A stretch of 64,000 nucleotides of DNA, from the NCBI GenBank assembly GCA_012295275.1, contig CM022670.1:25110001-25174000 (forward strand), given 5' to 3'. Below the pieces are notes generated by a model. The model was given only the letters and a program-made list of their open reading frames with translations, did not search any database and was not told the DNA's origin. Positions 1 through 13,120 of the stretch are shown here, in pieces. The stretch is from Chrysomallon squamiferum (Eukaryota; Animalia; Mollusca). How positions within the stretch are numbered: position 1 is the stretch's first letter; every line of letters starts with the position of its first letter. The translations under genes and the position numbers were made by a program.

Positions 1-640
1 TTCATTGACATAATAATTGTTTTAAACAACATTGCAAACAGCCGCTAATTGAAAGGATGTGCTTTAATTTTATTGACTGACCTGATAAGCAGTTCAACTC
101 TGAGTTTCTACAAGATGGTATCTGAGTAAAACACAGTGAACAGAATGTACATTGGAAACCTGTTCCTTGAGTAAGGCGGCGCACCCTCTGTAACGGTCAA
201 CTAGTATTAGTGCACCATCGGTAGCCATTGCAGTAATATTCGCTAGGGGAACATTGTGTTTCTTCAAATAATCCTCCAAACATCCACAAATTGTCTCACC
301 TTTCGCAACAACTTCAAGGTACTTATTAAACAAGAAGTTATTTATCTACAATGCACTTTAGGCTTGGACTATGATACATCACAAAGGCCATGTGAATATT
401 TGAACTGACTAAATTTGGTTCATCCAACTGAACAGAAAAGTTACAACGCTGAAGCTGACAGGTCAAGGTTCTCTCCTAATCACCGGCCATCACATCAGTA
501 CATCACTGCACTGTATTTGCACTTAAGGTTCACATTTTGAAATAGGCTGAGACTCTTATTTCATAACATTTTCAATCACATCTTTAATTGCTGGTTTTAT
601 GATCTCTTCACCAGTCTTATACGATTTTCTTCTCTATGTG
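1..640 (-). pseudogene. hAT (Charlie/ZBED5-like) transposase pseudogene fragment
   Basis: Minus-strand fragments in different frames: KTGEEIIKPAIKDVIENVMK, FSVQLDET, and ITAMATDGA...RYRG...LLKEQV...HCVLLRYHLV. These correspond to the hAT catalytic-domain motifs LDE, TDGA and HC..H, broken by frameshifts and stops. Confidence 0.75.
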
Positions 641-1205
641 CCTTTAGTCCTCCTTCATTATCAGTACCGGCAGATATTTTTTAAAAAGTCTTTAAAATAT
701 GCTAATTTCAGATTTCTGATTTCTGATAAGCTCTGGCTATCTCTGGGCACAAAATGACGAGATGGGATACTCGGTTTAGCATTGCCACAAAACAGATTTT
801 CATTACGTACTCGAAAATAAAGCCAAGGTTAAGCTGAACTGTTTAATAATATTACCACACTGCAATATTAACGATCACTAATATAGTTAATACGTTTATC
901 AATTATAAATATATATATATATATATGAAAATTAAAACATCATTATGTCAATTCATTTATGAGAAAACTGGTATCACAATCGTACATTACTTTGTGATTC
1001 TAGCTAATGATAAATTATTATAACTATATTATTATTATTATGTTTCACTAAAATTCAAATACGCAAATAAAATACATACATAAATTCAAAATGTGTAACA
1101 GCAAGTTATATGTCTATTTCTTATACGAATGTCAACATTCGACCCCAAAAGTTCAGTCAAACCCCTTTAACCCCCAGGCATTTTTCGACCCCTTGGAGAC
1201 CCCTG
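1..1205 (-). mobile_element. Decayed hAT-Charlie/Buster-like DNA transposon (one end; runs off the left of the window)
   Basis: TIR-like TTGGAGACCCCTG at 1193-1205 (reverse complement CAGGGGTCTCCAA), followed by the 8-mer CTCTAACA with a central TA as in Charlie/Buster target sites. Transposase remnants lie on the minus strand inside it. Confidence 0.7.
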
Positions 1206-2812
1206 CTCTAACACATAGTAAAATTGTACCAGCTTCAATACAGTGAAGGGCCTATTCCTGTTTTATCATAATGAAACAATAAGATCTCCTCATAAAAAAC
1301 TTTGTGTGCTTCGGTAACTATTAGTATGTTACAAATATAAATGTTACAAGAAAGTCGACAAAATAATACACCCAGTCGCTCCCCTGGTATTGTGCTTTGT
1401 ACTGCAAAACAACATGCGATCCTGTATTGATTCCCTGATATCACTGTCTTCAAAACAAAGTATTTTTAGGACCAGTACTGAGGTTTGGTGCATTTTGTAA
1501 TTATTTATCTTCAGAAACTCATTATACCATTCAGTTCATAGCAACGCCAAAATCAGTCGAGCAGAGGTTAGTTAAAAAGTTATCTTTGCAGAAATTATTA
1601 AATATAGATATAACGATACATGAAAATTTTGACATATAGACTAATACGAAAAACATTTTATTTGCAAATCAGTGAAAGTTCCGATGTTTTTAAAGAGAAA
1701 TTTTTTCTTTTATTTCATAAAATGTTTTGAAAAAGATAATTTTGATTACAGTTAAAGAAATCAAATTATGTACATATTCCTTATTTTATTTAGAAAATCT
1801 CAACATAATTTTTATTTTATGTTTAATTTTTAATAATTTATTAAGTAATTTTTATATTTTAATATTTATTTTTAAATAATGTCATTGTCCTTAATACACA
1901 CGGTGTTGTTTTGTTCTTTGTTATGTTTTGTTGTTTTGTTGTTGTTTTGGGGTGTTTTAATTTATTTATTTATTTATTTATTTTTATATTTAAAAAAGAA
2001 ATTAAAGAAAATCACATTAATTTCTATCTGTTCAATAAATATTTATTATATTAATATCATGCATAATCGGAAGATAGAAATAGTCCAAAGAATTATTAAG
2101 AGTGTTAGGTTTTTACACAAAATTAACTATAGGGTAGGTAATTGTGATGGCACAAACATAATGTACTAGTTTAAATACATTTTGTTTACCTCCACACGAT
2201 AGTCTTAATAATTTATGGTAAATATAAGAAAATATATGCGAACTCACTGATGCAGATAGACCGAAAAATAACTTTTTCGCAATCTTAACAAATGACGTTT
2301 GGCGATGGTTGGAGATATACATGGATGAAGAACCCAGAAGCTTAAGCATCATTAGTTTCATAATATATCCATTCTTCGAAACGACTGGTTAAGTCAAACG
2401 ATTATAATTTCTTAGGCCTTTTCACGCCTGTGAAAAAGGTTGGATTTACCCAAGAAGAAATGACAGACTTTAATAGGGTTTTGTAATTTGTAAATATATG
2501 TACATTTTCAGAATTAATCATCTATGTAATGTTAATTTGGTATTATAGTCATTTAGAAGATTCATCTTTATTAGTAGGTATAAATTACATTAAGGCAATA
2601 TATAAGTTCTGAATATATCCGTATCTATTGACAATGTTGATATTATCGCTGTTACCACATTACCGTTTTTGTTATCTTTTTACATTTAAAAAGTAGGAAA
2701 ATGATTTCGTTTCACACTTACTTCTTTTATACGAATGTTTTAAAATAAAATAAAAATATATGTTTTTGTTTTGTTTTCAGTTTGAAACACAACGCTAAAT
2801 CTTTCACATCAA

Positions 2813-2917
2813 ATGGTACAAATGTCTGGAAGTTATTATTTCATAATTGTTGGTCATTACGACAATCCAATCTTTGAAATCGAATTCATACCGCCAAACA
2901 AAACCAATGATCCAAAG
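2813..2917 (+). CDS. TRAPPC2: Trafficking protein particle complex subunit 2 (sedlin), coding exon 1
   Basis: (MVQ)[22 protein letters not shown] matches the sedlin N-terminus. Acceptor ttgttttcag ends at 2780; donor AAG|GTAAAT at 2918, phase 0. Confidence 0.95.
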
Positions 2918-3356
2918 GTAAATATAACATTATCATTTTCTGTTATTCATATAGTAAAATTAATCATATACATTACTCCTTTCTTGAAGATGGAAAAAAA
3001 AGAAGAAAAAAAATGGTTTTAGAAATAATTGAACAAGTTTGTTTTTCATTTGATGAATACTATTAATAAAACATCAGATCTACTATTTATTAGTTTACAA
3101 ACTAAAATGAACGCCTTTATTTCTTTTTTGTTATCGTCATTTTGTTCAAAACATTTGCACTAAAATGTTAAGCCGAATCAAGAATATGACTAATTAGTTG
3201 TATAATTTATCTCCAGATTCCAGTCCCCCATAATTTTATTTGAAAACTAGAAAAATTATACATCTTGCATGTTAACTTTCTGGAGGCAGTTATAAATGTC
3301 TTACTTCGTTATAAATGTTTTGGTATCTTATTTTGTTATTTATAATAACATTTCAG

Positions 3357-3504
3357 AGAGATGACCATCGGCACCTTAACCAGTTTATTGCTCATGCAGC
3401 CCTGGATCTGGTTGATGAGCAAGCATGGTCAACAAACAGCATGTATCTGAAAATTGTGGATAAGTTCAATGAGTGGTTTGTGTCTGCATTTGTGACAGCA
3501 GGTC
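3357..3504 (+). CDS. TRAPPC2: TRAPPC2 coding exon 2
   Basis: Acceptor tttcag; encodes [21 protein letters not shown]...[21 protein letters not shown]; ends in phase 1 at a U12-type donor GTATCCTTT. Confidence 0.95.
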
Positions 3505-3921
3505 GTATCCTTTTGATAGTATGTACAGGCAAGCTCAAAAATCTGTTGAAGGAGAGGTGATATTAAAAAAAAAAAAAACTTTATTTTTGTCTTAAAACTC
3601 AGTTTAAGTCTTAATTTTACAACAAATATTTAAAAAAACAACAAAAAAAAAACAAACAAACAAACAAAAACAAAATAATTATGCTGGTTATAATAAATGT
3701 AAAAACTCGAAAATTTGTAAAAAAAAAAACAACAACAAAAAAAAAGAAGACCCCGAAATCAACAAACTATATTGACAATATTTAAATATTTCTAGAAAGG
3801 CACTATATCATTACTGCCTGTAGTACTGTGTATTTTTAATCTTATAATAAAAAGAAATCTTCAAAATAATTTTATTTAATTTTAATTTTTTTAAAGAAAT
3901 ATTCCTTAACTTTATGACAAG
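3505..3921 (+). other. U12-type (minor spliceosome) intron, GT-AG subtype
   Basis: 5' site GTATCCTTT at 3505-3513; branch sequence TTCCTTAAC at 3902-3910, 9 nt before the AG at 3920-3921; no polypyrimidine tract. Splicing restores [10 protein letters not shown]. Confidence 0.93.
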
Positions 3922-4007
3922 GCATGAGGTTTCTGATGCTGCATGATGTAAAGAATGAAGATGGGATGAAGAATTTTTTCACAGAGATGTATGACACTTA
4001 TGTAAAG
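3922..4007 (+). CDS. TRAPPC2: TRAPPC2 coding exon 3
   Basis: Encodes [28 protein letters not shown]; donor AAG|GTATAG, phase 0. Confidence 0.95.
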
Positions 4008-4347
4008 GTATAGGTCAGAAGTTTATTCACAAAACTAAAATATTTAAATTTTTTTTTTTTTTTAAACCTTGCAATTGTCAGAGATGTATTTTTTACTTTT
4101 CCTGATTATCCATTTTTGTAGATGTTATGAGATGCGCACTCTTGTATAAACATTATTTATTTATTATTATGCAAATATTTTCCATACTTGGGTTGAGAAT
4201 TAAATTTGGTTTTTATATTTTTATTTTAACATTTTGTGTTATCTGACATTTTATTGATGAGATAAAGTATAGACATTATTATTATATGAAATTTATAATT
4301 AATGAACTAATAAATTTATATATATATATTTCTTTTCTTTTTTTCAG

Positions 4348-4446
4348 TATGCAATGAATCCATTTTACGAAATAAACACACCAATTAAGTCTGCAGCATT
4401 TGAAAAGAAAGCTCAGTTTTTCGGCAGGAAGTATTTGACTGGTTAA
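4348..4446 (+). CDS. TRAPPC2: TRAPPC2 coding exon 4 (last)
   Basis: Strong polypyrimidine acceptor; encodes [32 protein letters not shown]. The spliced protein is 142-145 aa, the expected size for sedlin. Confidence 0.95.
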   Translation, partial: YAMNPFYEINTPIKSAAFEKKAQFFGRKYLTG

Positions 4447-4854
4447 TTCAGAGTTATTTCCCTTCTGTCATATTCATTACAAGACAGCGGTATGTGAATG
4501 TAATATTTAAACCTGGTGCAATATTGTGAACAAAGATGTGCTTTTATTCAGCAGCACAGAGGGAGAATAATAAACTTGAAATTAACCAAATATAATATCT
4601 CTGTGTATTTTGGTTATTGATTACTTTAATATTTTGATTATTTAATATAGATTTGTTTTTGTTGTTTAATTTTTGAAAATAAGAATAATGTTTAAAAACC
4701 TTCAAGTGATAAATAAAAAACAAGAAACATATAGAAAACCATGTTGATTCTTGTTATTTTATTTCCATTGTATTTTGCAAATAAATGTAATAATAATATA
4801 AATGTGTTTTTTTTTTTTTTTCCTTTCAAGCCTAATTATACAACATTGTATAAC

Positions 4855-4971
4855 AGGCAAAGTTTATTACCTATAAGGTCAAATGGATAGAAGTCTAGAA
4901 ATAACTGTTGATCTTTGATTATAGAGGCAAAGTTTATCACCAACTAAGTCAAAGGGACAAAAGTCTAGAAA
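4855..4971. repeat. Degenerate direct duplication (~47 bp, period 70)
   Basis: aggcaaagtttat...aagtctagaaa occurs at 4855 and 4925. Confidence 0.7.
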
Positions 4972-5106
4972 GAATTAACATAGCTTAAAAGTAATTCATA
5001 TTAATAATTAAAACTTGTTAGATCAGATAAATGTGCTAGATGGAAAAAAAGAGTTGTTTACACAAAAACTTGTATAAATCTTCAAAAAAACAACAAAATA
5101 AATAAA

Positions 5107-5137
<31 letters not shown>

Positions 5138-5539
5138 AATAAATAATTGATAATAAAATATAAAAGAAAAAAGAAATGAAAAAACAAATGACAAAAAATA
5201 TTTTAAAAAAAATGAAAAAGAAAAAGAAATGGATATAAGTAAAAAAAAAAAAAAAAAATTGCTTCAAAAAAATTAATAAAAATAAATAACAATAATAATA
5301 ATTTAAAAAAGGCAGAAGTTTTCACCATTTCTATTTTAGTGACATTTAATGAGCCTGGTCTGAAAGTATATAAATGAAAAAAAAAAATAATAAATAAAAA
5401 TATGCATATATATATATATTTTTAAAGAATACTAGTACACAGATAATTTTTTCCCATTATACTTACCTTTGAAACCCCCCCACATATTACCAGTTCATAT
5501 ATATATATATATATGTTTTGTTAAAAATAAACTAATGAA

Positions 5540-5585
<46 letters not shown>

Positions 5586-6193
5586 AAATAGAAACTATAT
5601 AATATTCTATTGGGGGTTTTAACGGGTTATGTATATATGGGCAATAACTCTAGCATGAACACAATCTTTGAAACCTGAAGCTTTCTCTTTTTAAAATTAC
5701 AGTAAGCTGACAACGCTAAACAAACTGTTTTCTGATTATTTGTTTTCAGAATGTAATGATAATAAAAACTTCTTTTTTTCTAGAGTAAACCATATTTTAA
5801 TGACTAAACATCCATTTCTTTGACTATACGTATTTTTTTCTTTTGAAGTGATTTCATCCACTTAGTGGGAGGAGAAATAAATTACTGGTAATGAAAGTAA
5901 TAATGAAATAATAAAAATAAAAACCCACCTAAACGTTTTACCATATATAGTCCTACAGAGAACAAGTATAAAGAAAAATAAATTACAATATCACTGAGAA
6001 AACTGAGAATGAAAATAAACTGCTAAATATAAAGATAAAAATAGTTTTATATATCACACTATGTCCCCAAAAAAAACAACAACAAAAAAAAAAAAACATT
6101 CAAAGAAAGACAGTTTAAAAAAAAAATAATGACATAATAAAATGAAGATGACAAAAGTAATAATAAAAATAATAAAGAATAAATAAATCAATA

Positions 6194-6252
<59 letters not shown>

Positions 6253-6257
6253 TAATA

Positions 6258-6303
<46 letters not shown>

Positions 6304-6479
6304 AATAATAATAATAATAATAATGTAAAATAAAAGTAAAATAAAACAAGAACAATCAAGATAATAACATCGATAAAAACGCCAACAAACCATAATGGAA
6401 AGTGGCTCAGTCTGACTGATATTCACTGACGTTAATTTTATTCAAATTATTGCCTGTCGTAATAATTAAATTAATTTAT

Positions 6480-7215
6480 TATTCTTTATAAAGCTATGTT
6501 AAATATTTCTTTATTTTAGTAATAAATTTACTAATAAAAATATATTTATTTTTCGTCACAATTTTATAACTTTATATACATTATATGTTTACAGTAATTA
6601 AACATTTCTTTATTTTAGTAATAGTTACACAGTATTTTATAAAATATTTAATTTAGTGTTAAATTCATAACGTCATAATAAAAATTTTCTTATTTCAGTA
6701 ATTGTTTTATAATACGTGTTAAACATTTTTTAATTTTAGTGATAGTTATACAGCATTTTATAAAATATTTAACTTAGTGTTAAATTCGTAACGTCATAAT
6801 AAACATTTTCTTATTTCAGTAATTGTTTTATAACACGTGTTAAACATTTCTTTATTTTAGAAATAGTTATACAGCATTTTATAAAATATTTAATTTAGTA
6901 TTAACTTCGTAACGTCATAATAAACATTTTCTTATTTCAATAATTGTTTTATAACACGTGTTAAACATTTCTTTATTTTAGAAATAGTTATACAGCATTT
7001 TATAAAATATTTAATTTAGTATTAACTTCGTAACGTCATAATAAACATTTTCTTATTTCAATAATTGTTTTATAACACGTGTTAAACATTTCTTTTATTT
7101 TAGTAATAGTTATACAGCATTTTATAAAATATATAATTTAGTATTAACATCGTAACGTCATGATAAACATTTCGTTATTTCAATAATTGCTTTATAACAC
7201 GTGTTAAAGATTTCT
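6480..7215. repeat. 121-bp minisatellite, 5 full copies plus a degenerate upstream copy
   Basis: Unit start aaacattt recurs at 6600, 6721, 6842, 6963, 7084 and 7206 (partial). Confidence 0.92.
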
Positions 7216-8231
7216 TTACATCTTGGAATAATAATGGAGGATTATAATTTAATATTTAGCAATCGCTTGTCCTCAGTTTGCAAATAATTTATCATTATTA
7301 GATATAAAATTATAATTTATTATATGTTCTCTTGGATATTTAATAATTTGATTAACCCTAAGCATTGATAGCTTTATGACATCGTTGCGTACTTTTCCAG
7401 TCGTTTTAGTGTATTTATGTTGGTTTAGTTTTGTATTGTTTATTACGTTACCCTTGAGTTTGTAATATTTTTTATAATATGGTAATTGTGAAATTTCAGT
7501 TGTTCTGGACATTACTGCTAGCTTCTAATAATTTTATATTAATCTATTTTATAATAACTGTGTATAGGCGGGAGTTTATAATGCTTTTACAGAATCGTAT
7601 TTCGTAATTTTTTCTTTGATTTTATATTGTACCCATAAATTTCTAAATATTTTATAGAATATTAGGTGTGAATTTTATTTAGTTTATTTTGTTAACCAAA
7701 TTTATTTGATATATTTCTTTTATTATTATTTTTTTTAATAGTTGAAATTAAGTTTCAAATATTTTTATTGTATTTTTTTAAAATTATTATATATATATAT
7801 ATATTATTTTAACTGACTTTCTAATAGCTCAATGATAATTTATGACAACAGTTAATTTTCATTTGTTTTTTAAGGATATGTTGATAACAAGTATGATAGC
7901 CATGGATTTTCAATTTTTTTTTTTTTTTTTCATTTTAACGCATATTCTAATACTTATATATTATTCTAGATATCAATATACAAAACGTATGTAATATCAT
8001 AACCTAAATTAAAGAAGTTTTAAATAATACAGGAACGCGTTCAGTAATTTTATATTATACTAACCACATGCAACTATTTTATAACATGATCCTTATAATT
8101 TATTGATATCATTTAGAAAAGAAAAAATATATATTAAATGCAGTAATTCATAAATGCTTTTAAGCCTATATATTGGTTTGAAAATCATATTAGCGAATTA
8201 TATTCAAACACTGTATTCATCATCATCATCA

Positions 8232-8269
<38 letters not shown>

Positions 8270-9465
8270 GTATTTTTTTTTAAAGACATGAGAATGAAAA
8301 CATACTCAGCTTATGCAAATATCAACATATATAAAAATATTAACATTTGGTAAAAACATAACCAAGTGACTGTTACGTTTATAAAAATAAAACATGCTAA
8401 TTACATGTTTACTGATAAAATAACAAAACGATAAATGCACATTAAATTTTGTTATTGTTTTTGTTTCTTTTTATGAAATTTAAACATGTTATTTAAGCTG
8501 ATCATTATATAAAAATAAAATAAGTTTCCTATGTTTTTGTTATATTAATAATTAATTGTATATAACAAATAAAATATTGTTATTAAAGTTCTAATAGATA
8601 AATATGTCAACCCTCTGTTTCTAAAATCAAAACGTGAGTTTCTAAACGTTTTGCGATATTTACAAAATGTTATATTAAGTACATTTCCTACACTTCAATG
8701 TATTAACCATAATTTCTGTTTGTTTTCATTATTAGCTATGCAATTTTTCTTGAGTACTGTATATATTCTAAAACTTTTACAGTAATCCTAACATTCTCAT
8801 ATATCAGTTGTGATTTTACTAGCATTCTGTTTGAAAATACCTGAGCATAATCTGCGTTGTGATTTTCAAAAACCAGTAAATAGGTCTTACAGCACTTACG
8901 AATTATTGCATTTAATATACTTCTTTTCTTTCTTGGTTATTATTTATTACTTCAGATTATTTTATTTCATCTTGTAATTTAGATCAACCAAAATGTTTTT
9001 CTATTGCTGTAAATACAGTATTTTATTTCTTAGTTCTCGACTATGACAGAGTATTACTGACAACAGACTGGGAGTTATAGCAGTGTAGTAAGATATTTCA
9101 AATACGCCGCCCACTGAACCAATTTACAGTTATAAGCGAACGTGCAAATATATTATTTTTGTTATTGCGATGAAGGTGGAAATGAATTGTAGTAACAAGG
9201 GATATTGAATGATACAAGACTGTCAGCATTTACAGAGTTATAATCTATCATGTTTTTAAGATTTGTTACAATCATATGTTCTTTTAAAACAGCTTACTTT
9301 TATTTAGAATATCCTTGTACAAATAAATTTGGACAAAATATGGACGAGAAAAATCTGGGCTGCTACACTCGTTTTGAATACTGTGATGGAAAAACATTCT
9401 AATAATCCAATGGTCTGTAATTTAATAAACCAAAATATAAAAATAATAATGAAGTAAGCTTTAGC

Positions 9466-9500
<35 letters not shown>

Positions 9501-9519
9501 TAGTTAATAATTTTTCATT

Positions 9520-9550
<31 letters not shown>

Positions 9551-9715
9551 TTACTACTGCTAGCATTATTAAAACCACCATCCCCACCAATACCAGAACC
9601 AACACCACATCCACCACTGGTACTATTAACACCAAACAGCTACCACCACCATAACAACTACTACTGTTATTATTATTATTATTACTAGTATTATTATTAT
9701 TATTATTACTACTAC

Positions 9716-9789
<74 letters not shown>

Positions 9790-9889
9790 TTGTATTGGTA
9801 TTTATATTTGCATTATTATTTGGTCGTTATTAAATTTAGATCTTCTGTTGACTGCAAGTCAGTTTGCTAGAAATTATTAGAGTTTATAA

Positions 9890-10470
9890 TGTTTTTGACG
9901 AATAGCGGGAGAAAAGATCTGGTCTGAGAAAGAACCATTTTCCCCGATTTATTTGATGCAGTCTGGTCCCCCAGCTCCACTGTATGTGTAATATGCGGCG
10001 ATGAAATCATTATTTTCCCTCTATGCTTAAAGTCCGCTGTGTAATTTGATGGAAACTATCCGCTTTGATAAAGCAACCCATCAATTCATGATCGTGCCGT
10101 TTGGCGGTCTTTGGGCAATCGTCTGCTCTGACAAATTGTTTAATCAGACGATCTCCAGGAATCTGTCCAAACGGACGCCAAATTGCCAAGGAAACTTTTC
10201 GACCACCAGTCCAGGGCGGGTCCTAGTCGTACCTGTTATTAATTTTTGCCAACAAATGTCACTTTTTCCGGACAATGATTGACGGGAATCGAGTAAATCG
10301 CTTTGTGGAGGAAAATAAACTGTCTTTCGTGGCGGGAAAGCTTGGAGGCTGCACGCGCTTCACATCGGTCAAGACCCGTTAATGTCGTCTGCGAAGTATC
10401 GAGGGCGTTGCCGTTCTGTCAAAACAATGGATGACTCTGTGTATTATTGTCTTTGAACTGGTCTCCACAT
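9890..10470. promoter_or_regulatory. Candidate distal enhancer (repeat-free CpG-rich island)
   Basis: Sharp rise in GC/CpG, no microsatellites, no credible ORF, TAAT and CTTTGAT motifs. Function is inferred only. Confidence 0.4.
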
Positions 10471-10909
10471 CTTAGAAACAGAGAGAGAAAAAAAGAAGAG
10501 AAGAAAATCGTTTATGCTTTATTTGAATCGTTAGATTTCTTTTTCACAGTGTTTATTTGCGATTATTGTCAAAATAACTGATAGTAACTGTAATAATCGT
10601 AAGACATTAAAATGTTTCTTTTTGTTTAAGGCTTTGAGGGTTTTTTTTCCCATGGATACCACAGTTATCGTAAAACAATCGGTAATTTTAATTATTGTTT
10701 AAAATTTAGCAGTATACAATAAACTGTTGTTTCATTTTTATTTTTTTGTCGCAGAGGTGTTATGTTCAAAATCACACAAATGCTCTAATGTCTGACAACA
10801 GATAGTGATATTTCAATATAGAATACATTAATTATAAATGACGGACGCAGGAAAAAGATAAAAATAAAAGTTGCCATAAAATTCCTTTATGTTTACAGCA
10901 TTCTTAGAT

Positions 10910-10940
<31 letters not shown>

Positions 10941-12309
10941 TTTGTATTTACCCTTCAGAGGATGATCTTAACAAAAAATTAGACATTTTATAGATTTCTT
11001 CTTCTTTTTTTTTCTTTTCTTTTTTATAAAAACTATAATAAAGAATCATCAGAACTATGTTCAATATACATTTTTTTTAATAGCGGTTATAACAACGACA
11101 AAAACGTAAGAATAACAGTTTCCTGCATGTCTGATGTTAAGCATCATGCAAAGATTTCTCTGATTTTTACTGGAACACATTAGTGATTTCAGGAACATTG
11201 TCGAGGTCATATGTCTGAATTTTATAGCCGTAAATCATTGAGACCCTTCATCAATCCCTTGTCAAATATCTTAATTTATTACCTGTGAGAGCATTTACAC
11301 TGAATGACATAAACGTGGTACGACCCCTGGGTAATGCGTCAAGTCTTGCCAAAGACTGAATTAAACGCAAATTGAATTAGACAGAGAGAGAGACAGACAG
11401 ACCGATATATACATACTAACACATGTGGGTGCATATGCAAAAATTCAGGTTGTTCAATAATATTAACATTTAAAAGAGATTTTTAATGGGATATGTAATG
11501 ATAAGTAACTGAGGCTACTCTTTCAACTATATAATTATTTTACTCTGCTACTGTGTAACTATTTCTATAACTACCATACTACTTCTATGTTACTATTACT
11601 ATTTTACTACCATTAGCATCGTCGATTATTATTACTACTACTATATTCACTACTACAGTATTACTACCAACACTAACACTGTTAATACTAAAACGTCTGC
11701 TTCAATACTATCAATTATCTGACAATAACTAATAACATTAATTTATTACTATTACTTTACTATATTACTACTATTATTACTAATACTACTTTATAATGGT
11801 CGTGATTATACTACTACTACTACTATTACTAATACATTATATGTATATATTACCATTATTAATACTTCTACTATTTTTCTATTTCTATATACTTTTTCTA
11901 ACAGATTATTATTGTTATTAATTTACAAAATACAGCGATTACTATTTCTACTAACTATTGTTATTTGCACTAAAATACTACATCTACAACAATAACTACT
12001 ACTACTACTACTACTAATACTGATAACTGTTTTGACAACAACACAATAACAAGAAAATAAATAAGTAAACATATAAATATATAAATGAAAGGATGAATGA
12101 ATGAATAAATAAATAAATAAAACAACATCATAAATAATAAGTAGCATACATCATGATGGTCTTAAAAAAAGAAACGAAAATTTTGCTTTGTTCTGTCCCT
12201 GCATTTTTTATTTTTCTTTCTTTGTTAAAAGTAGACCCAGCCAAACTATGAAAAGAAATCGATGCATCCTCTTAATTCTGAGAAAACTAAATTTATTCAA
12301 TTAGACAAG

Positions 12310-12340
<31 letters not shown>

Positions 12341-13120
12341 AGAAATCACTGGTAATATTTTACTGAACTTCAAATCAGAGTACTTTAACTTGCGATTCAG
12401 TGAAGGAGGACGCTAAATCTAATATAATGCAGCTATTTTTTGTACGGATAACACAGTGTACGACATGCAGTTTTGATCGTCTGTGTATTTGCTTATTAAC
12501 ACATAATTGTTGATGACAAGGCAAAAAGACTTAAGCACGACAATTGAATCTGTACTTGCCACAATGACATTTATTCTTGTAAATAACTCTCGTAATCGCA
12601 TTATTTGAATTAAATGACGTTTAGTTTCCTTTCCGGTATATATTTTGATGTTAAACGAGTGGAACGCTGCAGTCCCAAAACACCAATGATGAAGAAGAAA
12701 ATATGGGTGTAATTTTATTATTTTTGCAGCCGATGATCAATCTGCAGAGGCTTGAACGAATACGATAAGACTCTGTACAGAAATGCAAAGATGGTGTGTG
12801 TATAATATTGGTGAATTAACGTTTTATTTTTTTGTCTGTAGAATTCGCGTGTGTTGTACGCCAGAAAGTAAATTCTTGATAACATTTTACTTTTTAAATT
12901 TGTATAAATATTGAATTATAATTTTAATACGCTGGTAATATGTAGTCTAGCAGTAGAGCTAGTAACTCTACTGACTGTCGGTATAGGAGAGTATCTCAAC
13001 TAGTAATACACAACAATATATAGGTCTACTAACGACTGCTCTATATCTATGTTGCTTAGAAAACGAATATAAAACAGAAATCTTACTGCTAATATAAAAA
13101 AATGTATCTGACTGATTGTA

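Noticed and set aside
1235-2361. Divergent minus-strand gene head-to-head with TRAPPC2 (as OFD1 is in human)
   Set aside because: A GTGAGT donor-like site exists near 2245 on the minus strand, but the ORFs resemble no protein I recognise.
2416-2439. Hairpin CCTTTTCAC-gcct-GTGAAAAAGG as an ncRNA or Helitron end
   Set aside because: Too short for a miRNA precursor and no CTRR terminus follows.
3315-3560. 81-aa ORF as a stand-alone protein
   Set aside because: It is TRAPPC2 exon 2 plus intronic read-through.
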